Assembly: GCA_965261735.1 (NCBI GenBank)
Contig: OZ253470.1
Location: forward strand, 640,001-704,000
Direction of reading: 5' to 3'
Source of the DNA: Alphaproteobacteria bacterium
Lineage (GTDB): Bacteria; Pseudomonadota; Alphaproteobacteria; SHVV01
DNA length: 64,000 bases
Below, piece by piece: positions 20,500 to 31,685 of this stretch. Each line of letters begins with the position of its first letter. Position 1 is the stretch's first letter. The position numbers and the translations under genes were made by a program. The notes under the pieces were generated by a model. It was given only the letters and a program-made list of their open reading frames with translations. It was not told the DNA's origin and ran no database searches.

Positions 20500-20882
20500 G
20501 AGTGTGGCTACGCTCCATCACTGTTCCCACCGTCAGCCCGGTGTTCTGGCGGCACTTGCGGCAGCGCAGGACGCCAGGGCGGTTTTCAAAGTGGAACGGC
20601 TCTCCCGCCGTGCCGCAGTGCGGGCAGGCAAAGCCGTCTCCCCAGTGGGCTTTCTCCAGGTAGGCGGCGCAGGCCGCATCATCGGGGAAAAGTCGCTGGA
20701 ACTCGGGTAGCGAATGCGGGAATGGGAGATCGGCGCGGTCGAGAACATCCATGGCGCGCTCCCCTATATCCGGGTTGCGCCCATTCTAGCCCTAGTGGGT
20801 GTGGGTGTAAACCGGATAGGAAAGACTTATTGAACCCGTTTTACTATGAAGGCTCAATCTCCCGCGCCGAACAACACTCTGG

Positions 20883-22121
20883 TTAGTGGACCAGCCTTGC
20901 CTCGGCGAGGCTCGGGGTTCCGCGCTTGCGACCTTTTCCGGCAATCTTCCGCCGCGGGCGACCGCGCGCGGGGCGAAAGGGTGCCGGGGCGGGGCCGTCT
21001 CCGATCACGGTCAGCCGTTGCCGGATCAGAGACTCGATCTGGCCGAGCGAGTCCCGCTCGCCCGCATCGCAGAACGAATAGGCGATGCCGTCGGCTCCGG
21101 CCCGCGCCGTGCGCCCGATACGGTGGACGTAGCTTTCCGGAACGTTCGGCAGCTCGAAGTTGATGACGTGGCTGATATCGTCGATGTCGATGCCGCGCGC
21201 CGCAATGTCGGTCGCGACCAGAACGCGGGCCTCGCCCCGCCGGAAACGTTCGAGGGCCCGCTGCCGGGCGCCCTGGGACTTGTTGCCGTGCATCGCCTCG
21301 GCGGCGACACCGCCCTTCGCCAGCTGGGTCGCCACCCGGTTGGCGCGATGCTTGGTGCGGGCGAAGACCAGCACCCGCGAGAGCGCGGGGTCATCCAGAA
21401 TCTCGGCCAGCAGGCGCTGCTTGTCCCAGGACGAGACGTGGAAGACGCTTTGGCGGATCCGCTCCACCGGCGTCGCCTGCGGCATCTCCGCGACCCGAAC
21501 GGGATCGCGCAGGAAGTCGCCCGCCAGACGCGCCACATCGCGCGGCATGGTGGCGGAGAACAGCAACGACTGCCGCGGCGTCGGCAGGGCCACGAGGATG
21601 CGGCGCACGTCGCGAACGAAGCCCATGTCGAGCATGCGGTCCGCCTCGTCGAGGACGAGATGCTCGACCCGGTGGAGGTCGACGCGGCGCTGTCCCATCA
21701 GGTCCAGCAGGCGCCCGGGCGTGGCGACGAGGATGTCGACGCCACGCGCCAGCGTATCGACTTGGGGCCTCTGGCCGACGCCGCCGTAGATGACCGCAAG
21801 CCGCAGCTGCAGATGGGTGCCATAGGCGGAGAACTCGTTGGCGATCTGGATCGCCAGTTCCCGCGTCGGCGCGAGGACGAGGGCGCGCGGTGCGCGACCG
21901 CGACCGCCGCTATTCGTGCCGGCGAGCCGTTGCAGGATCGGCAACGCGAAGGCCGCCGTCTTGCCGGTGCCGGTCTGGGCGATGGCGAGAACGTCCCGCC
22001 CGGCCATAACCTCCGGGATGGCCCGCGCCTGGATCGGCGTCGGGGTCGTGTGTTCGCGCTCGGCCAGCGCACGTTGCAGGGTCTCGGCCAGGCCGAGTTC
22101 GGAAAACCTTTGGTTGGTCAC
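20883..22121 (-). CDS. rhlE: DEAD-box ATP-dependent RNA helicase, RhlE-like
   Basis: Q motif, [39 protein letters not shown]. Confidence 0.9.
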   Translation of the reverse strand: MTNQRFSELGLAETLQRALAEREHTTPTPIQARAIPEVMAGRDVLAIAQTGTGKTAAFALPILQRLAGTNSGGRGRAPRALVLAPTRELAIQIANEFSAYGTHLQLRLAVIYGGVGQRPQVDTLARGVDILVATPGRLLDLMGQRRVDLHRVEHLVLDEADRMLDMGFVRDVRRILVALPTPRQSLLFSATMPRDVARLAGDFLRDPVRVAEMPQATPVERIRQSVFHVSSWDKQRLLAEILDDPALSRVLVFARTKHRANRVATQLAKGGVAAEAMHGNKSQGARQRALERFRRGEARVLVATDIAARGIDIDDISHVINFELPNVPESYVHRIGRTARAGADGIAYSFCDAGERDSLGQIESLIRQRLTVIGDGPAPAPFRPARGRPRRKIAGKGRKRGTPSLAEARLVH

Positions 22122-22649
22122 ATTGTTCCTTGATCGCCCGGCGCGGTCCGTCTTGTCGGGACGGCTGGTTTCGTGCGCACACGCCGGCCGCAGGAGCGGC
22201 CGGCCCGGGTGGGGTTGCTTGTTTCAGGGTCTGATCCGGCGCGAGCTCGTTGCGTCGCGGGGCCAGAAGACGATCTACATGAGTTACATGCGCTCTCGGT
22301 CCGCTAATGTCAATGCGCCCCACCGCCTACGCCAACTTCACCGAGGCGGCACTGGTCAACTTGCCCTTCTGGTCGACGCCTCGGCCGTGGCGGGCTGGAT
22401 CGAGGACCATTTCCGCTCCCCGATACGGGAAGGGCACCTCGAACCGCTGCCGCTATCTTGATTTCCCCAGCTCATGGCCGGCATACATGTGCTGACTCAG
22501 TGTGTCGCTAGCAAGTGGGTTTGGCCGGTTTTGGTAGCACATCATTTGTCCGCTTCTTGTTGTTGCGGTTGGCCCTGTTGAAACTGCCCCTCGTGCGGGA
22601 GATCAATGAGACCGCATCGCCATCTTGGCTATTCGTTCAACATCCGACT

Positions 22650-23251
22650 TCACATCTTCAACGGAGCTAGCCGCGCTTCGGATTCTGGACATGTGCTCTT
22701 CAATCGCGTTTCTTTTGATTTCGTCTGCGGTGTCACGCAACTCCTTGGAATCTCGTTAAGGTGCTGGTTGACAAGGCTGATGAACTCATCAAACAACTCA
22801 CATCGCCCCACGATCACCTGCTGCAATTCGGCTAGTTCTTGTTCCGCTTGCCGATATGAGTCAGAGTGGTTTTGAGCCACTCCACAACACCGTCGGCGAT
22901 CGCTTGGTCAACTTGGAGCGGCATTTCATCCACGTCGCTGACCAACTGATCGTAGGATTCATCAAAGTACGCCTTGAGTGCAAGTGCCAAGCGCCGCCGG
23001 TTCGTACGAGATGCCCATTTCTCTAAAAATATGGGTCGTAGCGCTCGCCGTACGTTTTCATTCTTCGCACCGGAAACCACGTACCCGAATGCCAAGACGA
23101 GGACAGTTGACAATGAGCCGACCAAAATTGCTTTAAACAGACGATCAGATAGCATTGACCAGAAGAGCGCAGATTGATTCGGCGCAAACTTGGAAAACAC
23201 GAACAACACACCCGAGAGCGAAATGGCAACCAAGGCAAAGCGACCGACCAA
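22650..23251 (-). pseudogene. Low-GC hypothetical membrane-protein gene remnant, apparently frameshifted
   Basis: Two overlapping ORFs (22832-23251, 22650-22880); hydrophobic N-terminal segments. Confidence 0.3.
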
Positions 23252-23355
23252 GGTTGCCCTAGCGGATCGAATCTAACACTTGATGCCCTCGTTTGACGGC
23301 GGCGATGATTTTGCCTGGATCGGCGGTCCAGGTGAAGGGCTTTGGGTTGTCGTTG

Positions 23356-24415
23356 GGCTTTGGTGCATGGACCTGAGGATTAGTATACCTGGCTCCGCTT
23401 CCGTCTTTGAGAGTTTGTCATGCCTTTCAAGTTCCACGCATCGCGTCGCCACCATATCCCCAGAGCCAAGTACCGGGTCATGAACTGGCCGGATTATGAC
23501 CGTGGTTTGGTTCGGCGCGGCGACATTCGTTTCTGGATTGATGAGAGCGCCCTGGAGCAATGGGACGCAGCCAAGCGGCGAACTCCTGGTGGCCAGCGGC
23601 GGTTTTCAGAGTTGGCGATTTCCACGACACTGATGCTGGGGGTGGTCTTCAGATTGCCGCTGCGCCAGACGGAAGGCTTTGTGCGTTCCCTCGTGGACTT
23701 GATGGGGTGCGATCTGCCGGTGCCGGATCACACCACGCTGTCGCGGCGGCGGCGAACGGTGGATGTCGTTGTGGAAACCAGCACGAACAAGCGGTCTACG
23801 GATATCGTGCTGGATTCCACGGGCCTGAAATTCTTTGGCGCTGGCGAGTGGGCTCGCGCCAAGCACGGTGAAACGCGGCGCTCGTGGCGCAAGCTGCATA
23901 TCTCGGTTGACCCGGCCAGCAGCGAGATCCGGACGCATGAACTGACCGGTGACGACACGGCCGATGCGACGATGGCGGGACCGCTGGTCGCCGGTTCCGG
24001 TGGGATGATCCGGCGCGTGTTTGCCGACGGCGCCTATGACGGGGAGCCCGTGACAAAAGCGATCCGAGAAGCTCGGCCACCGAATTCACCACCTGAAATC
24101 ATCATCCCGCCACGCGCCACATCCATTCCTCCCCCGGACACGCCTCATGGCGGATCGGAACGGGAGCACCATGCGGCGGAGATCGCGTCGAAGGGAAGAA
24201 TGAACTGGCAGAAACGACAGGGCTACGGATTGAGAGCGCTTGGCGAAACAGCCATGGCTCGCGTCAAGAGGCTCAACGGCGGCAAAGCTCAACGCTCGCA
24301 CATTCCAATCCCAACAAACCGAAATCGCCATGCAGATCGACGCACTCAATCGCTCTATCCGTGCGGCGAAACCAAACACAATCAGGATCCGCTAACCAAC
24401 CGGGGAATGGGCGAT
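23356..24415 (+). mobile_element. IS5-family (IS903-like) element, C-terminal frameshift, right end lost
   Basis: Left end GGCTTTGGTGCATGG; NWPDYDRGLVRRGD, LRQTEGF, PDHTTLSRR, LDSTGLK, WRKLH, ADGAYD. Confidence 0.88.
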
Positions 24416-24438
24416 CACACAAGTAGGACGGACAACTC

Positions 24439-25241
24439 ATGCACGGAAAGCGGCAGAACATCCAGCACTCGCTGGCCTTGGACCTAACCGGCCGGGGTGA
24501 ATCCCCGCTCGGCGGACACCAAGGGACCGAACCACCCGTGGCGAAGCCCGACCCCGAAAGCCCGGCCTTGGCGGAGCAGATCATGGAGGAGGTGTGCGAG
24601 CGGGAAAACTGTGAAACTACGTGGAAGCACGTTCGAAAGAACAAGGGCGGTCCCGGTGTCGATGGCATGACCATCGACGCCGTCAGGGACTACCTGCGGG
24701 AGCACTGGCCAAGCATCAGGTCTCAACTGCTCGACGGAACCTACCAGCCCCAGTCGATCAAGAGGGGCGAGATACCCAAGCCGGACGGCGGAGTCAGAAA
24801 ACTCGCCGTCCCCTGTGTCGTCGACAGACTGGTCCAGCAAGCCGTGCAGCAGGTACTTCAGGCGCAATGGGACCCGACGTTTTCCGAACACAGCTACGGG
24901 TTCCGTCCGGGGCGCTCGGTCCATCAGGCGGTGGCACAGGCACAGGCGTACATTGCCGAGGGCTACGGCATCGTGGTTGACATCGACCTCGAAAAATTCT
25001 TCAATCGTGTCAATCAGGACCGACTGATGGCTCGCGTCGCCGAACGGGCCTCCGAGAAACGGGTGCTCAAGCTGATTGGGGCCTTTTTCAAGGCCGGGGT
25101 AATGGAAGACGGGCTGGTCTACCCGGTGGACGAGGGGACCCCGCAAGGCGGTCCGCTTTCGCCTCTCTTGAGCGTCTCGTGCTCGATGAACTCGACAGGG
25201 AACTGACACGACGCGGCCACCGGTTCTGCCGGTACGCTGAC
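24439..25241 (+). pseudogene. ltrA: Group II intron reverse transcriptase/maturase fragment
   Basis: NKGGPGVDG, IPKPDGGVRKL, SYGFRPGRS, DIDLEKFF, GTPQGGPLSPLL; frameshift then LDRELTRRGHRFCRYAD, truncated. Confidence 0.9.
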
Positions 25242-25546
25242 GTCAGGCAGTCATCGAAGCTCAGAAGACGTGTACTTTGGAAAATCGAGGATCGAGTAGA
25301 GCGACGGCAAACGGACCGCGATCATCCAGATCCCAATCGACGACGGCGGGCGCGCGCCCTGCCGGTTTCCTCTACTCTTGACGATCACATTGGTCGATGG
25401 TACAGGCGCCATCGAACGAACACTGGTTCCGAACGTCGATCGACGCCTGCACCTGCAGGACCGGACAAGGGAGAAAATGTAGTATTTCTCGGCGTTGAAT
25501 ATGAGGGCGCACAATTTGTTCGCCCGTGACAGATAGGGAGGTTCTT

Positions 25547-26029
25547 ATGGCCGTAAATGTTGGCGATCCCGTTCCAGATGTAACACTTGCTGTGATGGGT
25601 CGCTCCGGTCCCGAGCAAGTCTCAACCGATGACCTGTTCAAAGGTAAGAAGGTCGTGGCCTTTGCGGTGCCCGGTGCATTTACCCCGACATGTTCGGCCA
25701 AGCATCTGCCCGGCTTCGTCGCCAACGCCGATGCCATCAAGGCGAAGGGTGTGGACTCCATCGTGTGCCTGGCCGTGAACGATGTCTTTGTCATGGATGC
25801 TTGGGGCAAGGATCGGAACGTCGGTGAGAATGTGACGATGGTGGCGGACGGCAGTGGCGCCCTCGCCGAGGCCTTAGGGCTGGGACTGGATCTTACTGAG
25901 CGGGGTTTGGGCGTTCGCTCCCAACGGTATTCGATGATCGTCGATGACGCCATCGTGAGCGCTCTCAATGTGGACGAGAGCGGCACCTTTGAGGTATCCA
26001 GCGCCGAGAAGATCCTTGAACAGCTGTAG
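25547..26029 (+). CDS. Peroxiredoxin, Prx5-like
   Basis: VPGAFTPTCSAKHLPGF, VNDVFVMDAWG, RSQRYSM. Confidence 0.95.
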   Translation: MAVNVGDPVPDVTLAVMGRSGPEQVSTDDLFKGKKVVAFAVPGAFTPTCSAKHLPGFVANADAIKAKGVDSIVCLAVNDVFVMDAWGKDRNVGENVTMVADGSGALAEALGLGLDLTERGLGVRSQRYSMIVDDAIVSALNVDESGTFEVSSAEKILEQL

Positions 26030-26160
26030 AAATTAACCGGCCGAGCAGGAGGGGGCCGTTACCGAACCTCTCCTACTCGGCCATTCGTTGAACTCGTTCA
26101 TACTATTCTGCCCATATACATTGCTTGCTCAGCAACCAGTTGGTTGTCCCGGTAGGCTGT

Positions 26161-28170
26161 TGTCAATCGGCGTGCAAAATCGACCCCATCTGAGCGGCAC
26201 GGCGGAAGTTGTCCCGGTAGCCAATAGGGGGGACGCACGTGGCTTCGTGTCGCGCCTTGCGCTAAGAGTCGGTTTCGAAAGTCATGGGGCTCGGGCCAAT
26301 TTGCGGACGAGGAGCATGACGGAGGCAGCGTAGAGGAAGGCGCGGGCCGAGGCGATGGTGGCCTCGAAATCCTTTGCCAGTCGCCGGTTGCGGTTGATCC
26401 AGGCGAAGAAGCGCTCCACGATCCAGCGGCGCGGTTGGACGGCGAAGCCGACCTGATCGGGGCTTTTGCGCACGATCTCGACGGCGATCACGGTGGCCGT
26501 GGCGACCTTCTCGCCGGCGTAGCCGCTGTCGGCAAAGACCTTCTCGATGAACGGAAACGAGCCGCGTGAGGCGCACAGCAGCGGCCCGCCACCATCGCGG
26601 TTCTGGATACTCGCCGGATGCGCCTCGAGCACGAGGCCGCGCCCGTCGGTGTCGACCAGCGCGTGGCGCTTGCGCCCCTTGATCTTCTTGCCCGCATCGT
26701 AGCCGCGGGGGCCACCAGCCTCGGTCGTCTTGACGCTCTGGCTGTCGATAATCGTGCCGCTCGGGCTGGCCTCGCGTCCGACCCGCTCGCGATCGGCCAT
26801 GACCAGAGAGTGATTGATCTTCTCAAGGAGGCCGTCGTCGCGGAACTTGGCGAACCAGCGATAGATCGTGCCCCACGGTGGCAAATCGCTTGGCAGCAAG
26901 CGCCAAGGGCAGCCAGCCCGCATCACGTAGAAAATGCCGTTGACGATCTCTCGCATCGGCCATGACCGGGGCCGTCCCGTGCCATGAGCCGGAGGCAAAT
27001 GAGGCTCGATCACAACCCACTCCGCATCGGTCAAATCAGTCTGATAACGCAGCGCCTTGCGGCTATGCTGCTCTCGGGTGGTCGGCGTCCACATGGCGGC
27101 TCCAAATCGGTCTCAACAACCTTCCTGGAATCACATCGACACCGGCCACTCAACCCCTTTCGAAACGGCCTCTAACGCGGAGCGAAGCCGCGTGGGGGGT
27201 TCTCTGTTGATTCACTGCGGCACCCGGGGCGCAGGCACGGCCGGCGTCCGGTCAGGAGCGGTTCTTGAAGCGCCAGCTTTCGTTGCCGGTCTCGATGATC
27301 TCGCAATGATGGGTGAGGCGATCGAGTACCGCCGTGGTCATCTTGGGGTCGCCGAAGACGGAGGGCCATTCGCCGAAGGCGAGGTTGGTGGTGATGACGA
27401 TCGAGGTGCGCTCGTAGAGCCGGCTCATGAGGTGGAACAGGAGCTGCCCGCCGGCCTGGGCGAAGGGCAGATAGCCAAGTTCGTCGAGGATGACGAAGTC
27501 GCGTCGGATGAGCTGGTCTGCGGTGCGGCCCTGGCGTTCGGCACGGAGTTCGGCCTCGAGATGGTTGACCAGGTCGACGACGTTGTAGAAGCGGCCGCGT
27601 GCGGCCTTGCGGATGCAGGGCGCCGGCCCCAGGGCAGCGTGAACGTACCGAAGTCCACCTGGCCCTGACGCCCCGCCGGCGTCTCGAACCGGACCAGCGA
27701 TTCAACCGGTTCGCGCGGTCGCGTCGCCCGCACGTAGTCGTTCACGCGAGAGTAGCAGCCCGGGTAGTCCGCAGCGCGGACCTCATCGAAAAGCCGCTTC
27801 GCCGACAGCTTCGGGAACGCCTCAAGACGGGCGTCGATGATCGCCTTGTAGGGGTCCAGCTTGTGGGCCACAGGCGGACGGGGCGAATACCCTCGCGCAC
27901 CGGCCGCCAGATCCCGGTCCAGTTGGCCGGTATCGACCCAATTGTGGATCGTCCGACGGTTCACCCCGAACCGCCTCGACAGCTCCGCCTTCGAGACACC
28001 CCGGTCCAGATAGTGCTTCAACAACATCCTGGTCTCCCATTTGTACATCCGCGCACCGATCCCGCTCTGTTGGCAAAGCCAACAGAGCGGCCCGGGACGC
28101 CTTCAGCGACAAGCCCAAAGTGAGAAATTTTGGGTCGTTACAAATGGGAAATTTACGGTCGCTACCAACA
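26161..28170 (-). mobile_element. Internally deleted or chimeric IS21-family element (istA 5' part 27625-28048, istB 3' part 27251-27620)
   Basis: Ends TGTCAATCGGCGTGCAAAATCGACCCC and ...GGTCGCTACCAACA; [21 protein letters not shown]; ist[10 protein letters not shown]...GNESWRFK. Confidence 0.8.
26266..27172 (-). mobile_element. IS5-family (IS1031-like) element with intact transposase 26282-27094
   Basis: IR GAG.C.GTTTCGAAA; TAA duplication; YQTDLTDAEW, IDSQSVKT, DSGY, RWIVERFFAW. Confidence 0.93.
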
Positions 28171-28374
28171 CTACAACACAACGCCCGTGCTCATCGAGAC
28201 CTTCGTCGAAAAGCCGCGATACACCGGCGCCGTCTACAAGGCCTCCGGATGGATCCATCTCGGAACCACCCAGGGGCGCGGGCGCTATGATCGGGACAAG
28301 CTGTACGACAAACCCCCAAGGACATCTGGCTCCGACCCCTGCGAAAAGACTGGAAACGCGCCCTCAATCGCTAG
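28171..28374 (+). pseudogene. DUF4338 (DruA-like) C-terminal fragment
   Basis: PVLIETFVEKPRYTGAVYKASGWIHLGTTQGRGR. Confidence 0.75.
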
Positions 28375-28538
28375 AATTTGCGGGATCGGATAAGCTCATC
28401 ACGGGCTGACGGAACATTTACACTCCTCCAGCGCCGCGCTGAACTTTCGCCTTTCACCCTGCGCAAGGCTGCGCACAACTTGGAAATAAAACGGTGCCTA
28501 TGTGGTACCTGGACAAGAACAGGGAGCTGTACTAGAAA

Positions 28539-28578
28539 TAAAAAACCACGTTATCCTATTGGAATAACGTGGGTTTTT
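28539..28578. terminator. Hairpin with A/T tails next to the tRNA remnant
   Basis: AAAAACCACGTTAT...ATAACGTGGGTTTTT inverted repeat. Confidence 0.5.
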
Positions 28579-28622
28579 GGTTGCGAGGGTTGGATTTGAA
28601 CTAACGACCTTCAGGTTATGAG
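28578..28622 (-). other. Degenerate 3' half of tRNA-Met(CAT), probable att-site remnant
   Basis: Reverse complement CTCATAACCTGAAGGTCGTTAGTTCAAATCCAACCCTCGCAACCA; no D-arm or 5' half. Confidence 0.75.
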
Positions 28623-28727
28623 TTTGCGTAAGAGTGAAGACGACAATTGCAGTCATACGTGCGCACGGACGCGCTGATGCGTGATAATTGGCTATTTTAC
28701 AAAGGCTTTGTGGGCGGTGCAAAAGCC

Positions 28728-28922
28728 CCGATCAGGCCGGCTTCGCCGTCCAACCGCGCCGCTGGGTCGTGGAGCGCTTCTTCGCCTGGATCAACCGCAA
28801 CCAGCGACTGGCAAAGGACTTCGAGGCCACCATCGCCTCGGCCCGCGCCTTCCTCTACGCCGCCTCCGTCATGTTCCTCGTCCGCAGATTGGCCCGAGCC
28901 GCATGACTTTCGAAACCGACTC
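28728..28922 (+). mobile_element. 3' end fragment of the IS5 element related to 26266-27172
   Basis: [26 protein letters not shown]; end TTTCGAAACCGACTC. Confidence 0.88.
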
Positions 28923-29085
28923 TTAACGTCGACCGTCTCCAATGGGTTACCATGCCGATTTGCTTCGAACGCTAGGGAAGCATTCTTACTCGGGCGCGAG
29001 GGGCTGTGTCAGTCGAACGAAAACTACGTGAAGGCACACGCGGAGTTACCTGAAGACGGTGCTCCGGGACGAGGAAAAGGCCTGA

Positions 29086-30453
29086 ATGAACAGCGATTTG
29101 AGTGATCTGGTCGAGAATCTCCGCGAGGACTTAAGCATCGAGTGCAAGGGATGGCTCGACCTTGCTGACAATCTCCAAAGAGCGAAAATTGCCCGGTATC
29201 TTGCCGCCCTGGCTAACCACGGTGGTGGCTACTTGCTTCTTGGGTTCAGCGACGACCTGACTCCTGACCAACACCGGCCCACGGATGTCAGGATCTACAA
29301 CCGGGATGTATTTTCGGACATTGTCCGTCGCTACTTGACACCCCGGTTTCAGTGCGAGGTCACCCAAGTGACTGCTGCCAATGGCGATGATTTCCCCATT
29401 GTCAGAGTACCTAGACACGGAAGTGTCCCGATCGCCGTCAAAGCGGATGGACCAAAGGGCAGGTCTGGAGGACCGCAGGGCATCAGAGCCGGTGTCTATT
29501 ACATACGGAAACCGGGACCTGAAAGCGCGCCCATCATTGGTGCCGAGGAATGGGCACCCCTGATCAGAAGGTGTGTCTTGAACGATCGTGACGGATTGCT
29601 GCGAGATTTTTCAACCCTGATGCACCAGCGTGACCAATCGATTCTGGACGGCGGGAGACAGTTAGCTAAGTGGCATCGGAATGGCGAACTGCGGTTTCTC
29701 GAGTTGTTGCCCGATGACATCGCGTCTCGATGGCCCGTTTCGATCAACGAAACCCGATACCAGTTGAGTTACCTGATTTCGACCGAAGAAGAAGAGGCGC
29801 TACAGGTCGGGGAACTCGCGCGGATACTGGAAGAGATCAATGTTGAAGTCCGTGCCACCGTTTGGACGGGTTGGAGCATGTTCCACCCGTTTACCAGGCC
29901 TGACATTGCGCCCAAACTGTACCCCGAGAATGTGGATGGACCTGGTGGCGATGTACTGGAGTGCAATTTGCTGGTCGACGGGGAATTCGATATCTCCCTT
30001 CCCGATTATTGGCGTTTGGCGCCAGACGGGCGAGTGACGCTGGTTCGAGCTTACCGGGAGGATCGAGCGCGAAGTGCGACAAGTCTTCAGCGTACGAGCG
30101 GCACGTGGCTGTCACCGGAAACGGTGGTACGCGAAACAACGGAGCTGGTCACCCATGCGAGGCTACTGGCGAGATACTTCGAGGAACCGACGCGGATTTC
30201 CTTTCGATGTACCTGGCTCGGCCTGCGAGGACGGCAGTTCGCGGATTTCGATCCCGCAATCTACTGGGGCCAAGGTCATATCGCATCTGCCGATCGGCGC
30301 ACCACGGAAGGAGAGTGGCCAGTAGCCATGATGGCAGCGTCGTGGAGCAGAATCGTCTCGGAACTCTGCTGTCCAGTCCTCAATCTCTTTGGTTTCACAC
30401 GGTGCAGTGCGGAATTCGTGGAGGGATTGGCCCCCAGGTTTGTGAAATTGTGA
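29086..30453 (+). CDS. Schlafen/AlbA_2-domain protein with unknown C-terminal domain
   Basis: REDLSIECKGW, ALANHGGGYLLLG, YYIRKPGPES. Confidence 0.8.
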   Translation: MNSDLSDLVENLREDLSIECKGWLDLADNLQRAKIARYLAALANHGGGYLLLGFSDDLTPDQHRPTDVRIYNRDVFSDIVRRYLTPRFQCEVTQVTAANGDDFPIVRVPRHGSVPIAVKADGPKGRSGGPQGIRAGVYYIRKPGPESAPIIGAEEWAPLIRRCVLNDRDGLLRDFSTLMHQRDQSILDGGRQLAKWHRNGELRFLELLPDDIASRWPVSINETRYQLSYLISTEEEEALQVGELARILEEINVEVRATVWTGWSMFHPFTRPDIAPKLYPENVDGPGGDVLECNLLVDGEFDISLPDYWRLAPDGRVTLVRAYREDRARSATSLQRTSGTWLSPETVVRETTELVTHARLLARYFEEPTRISFRCTWLGLRGRQFADFDPAIYWGQGHIASADRRTTEGEWPVAMMAASWSRIVSELCCPVLNLFGFTRCSAEFVEGLAPRFVKL

Positions 30454-30485
30454 GGCACCACATGCGCCATGGTGCACATGGGGTG

Positions 30486-30661
30486 TTGTATGGACGCCTC
30501 CCGGAACGCAAGGACCGATTTGGGTATGACGGGCAGGCAGATTGCAGTTTTGTATCCGGCCTTTGTGCGCGGTGCGATGACCGCTGGCCCTGATGAAGTC
30601 CGCACACCAGGTCCCTCTCAGATCACCGGGCTCGAGCGCCCAGACAAGACTTCGGGTTTCC
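30486..30661 (-). mobile_element. Orphan IS1111-group right end with bridge-RNA-like scaffold, no recombinase
   Basis: TGGACGCCTCC IR at 30491; TCCGGCC...GGCCC, GGTCC, GGGC-N6-GCCC and GGTTT(T)CC blocks colinear with elements A and B. Confidence 0.65.
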
Positions 30662-31254
30662 GGAAAGGCCGTGGCGCCGGTTTGCGCGCGGCGAGACGGC
30701 CCGGATCGTCATGCGCAACGACACCGCCTTCCCGCACGGCATCCACCTGCACGGCCACCATTTCCACGAGTTCCGGGAAGACAACTCCCCCGGCCAATAC
30801 CGGGACCCGAAGGATGAGCGCCGTCCCGACCGAGGTCTGCCAGACGAGGCCCAGCATCTCGGGGGCAGTCATGCCGGAGGCCTCGACCGTCATGGCGGCG
30901 CCCTTGAGGGCGAAGCCGATCCCAGAAGGCCGCAATGACCGTCGTCCATCGCCTCGGTGAGCGCTTGGAAAATACCCGCGCGAACCTGGATCATGGCCGT
31001 CTTTTCGATGCCGAGCTTCATGGCGATCGCGTCGGCGGTCTTGAACCCGATGCCGCGAATGTCGTCTGCGAGGACCGTCTGGTCGCGGACATGATCGAAC
31101 TGCCCGCCCGGCTCCGCTACGCTCCGCCCGTCCCCCAGCGTGGTGGAGATACCGGCAATGCACTAATATTCAACTTGGACCACCCGATGGGGGCTGGTCA
31201 CCACGCGCACGCGCTTCAGTCTGGGAGATGGAAGACTGGGTGGAGGTCGGATGA
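30662..31254. pseudogene. Mosaic of fragments: multicopper oxidase (+), CopD-like (-), RecD2 helicase (-), probable oxidase C-terminus (+)
   Basis: HGIHLHGHHF (+); MLGLVWQTSVGTALILR (-); DIRGIGFKTADAIAMKLG...AMDDGHCGL (-); MEDWVEVG* overlapping the next start. Confidence 0.65.
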
Positions 31255-31685
31255 AGCGCTTCCTGTTCGCTCTCGCGTTTCTGTTCCCGAACCCCGTGCT
31301 GGCCGGACATGAGCTGGAGAATCGCGGCCTTCGGAAAGGGGAGGCCCTGTACAAGGAGCACTGTGCCTCCTGTCACGGAGCAAAGCTCGAAGGCCAGCCA
31401 AATTGGCGGCAGATCGGCAAGGATGGGCTGCTCCCTGCACCGCCGCACGATAGGACCGGCCATACTTGGCATCACGACAACATGCTCCTGTTCGACTACA
31501 CGAAGTTGGGCGGAAAGGCCCTGATGGAAGCGCGGGGCATCAGCGGGCTCAAGAGCGGCATGCAGGGTTTCGGGGACGTTCTGACCGACGACGAAATATG
31601 GGACATACTAGCCTACATCCGCTCGACATGGCCGCAGCGCATCAAGAGGATACAGGCCAGCCGGAACCCTCCTCATGACCGGTAG
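31251..31685 (+). CDS. Periplasmic monoheme cytochrome c, copper-resistance-operon type
   Basis: Signal peptide, CASCH, PAPPHDRTGHTWHH, distal Met. Confidence 0.9.
   Translation: MKRFLFALAFLFPNPVLAGHELENRGLRKGEALYKEHCASCHGAKLEGQPNWRQIGKDGLLPAPPHDRTGHTWHHDNMLLFDYTKLGGKALMEARGISGLKSGMQGFGDVLTDDEIWDILAYIRSTWPQRIKRIQASRNPPHDR

Larger units (their letters stand above)
18317..20824 (-). mobile_element. IS1595 copy interrupted by IS256
   Basis: 8-bp TSD ACTTATTG (18309-18316, 20825-20832); ends CTTGCCTATC and GATAGGAAAG. Confidence 0.95.

Noticed and set aside
24439-25241. RT as retron, DGR or defence RT
   Set aside because: Motifs are those of group II intron maturases; frameshifted and truncated at YAD; no template/variable repeat or msr-msd seen
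28171-28374. Druantia defence system
   Set aside because: Only a short DUF4338 tail; no other dru genes, and this domain often accompanies transposases
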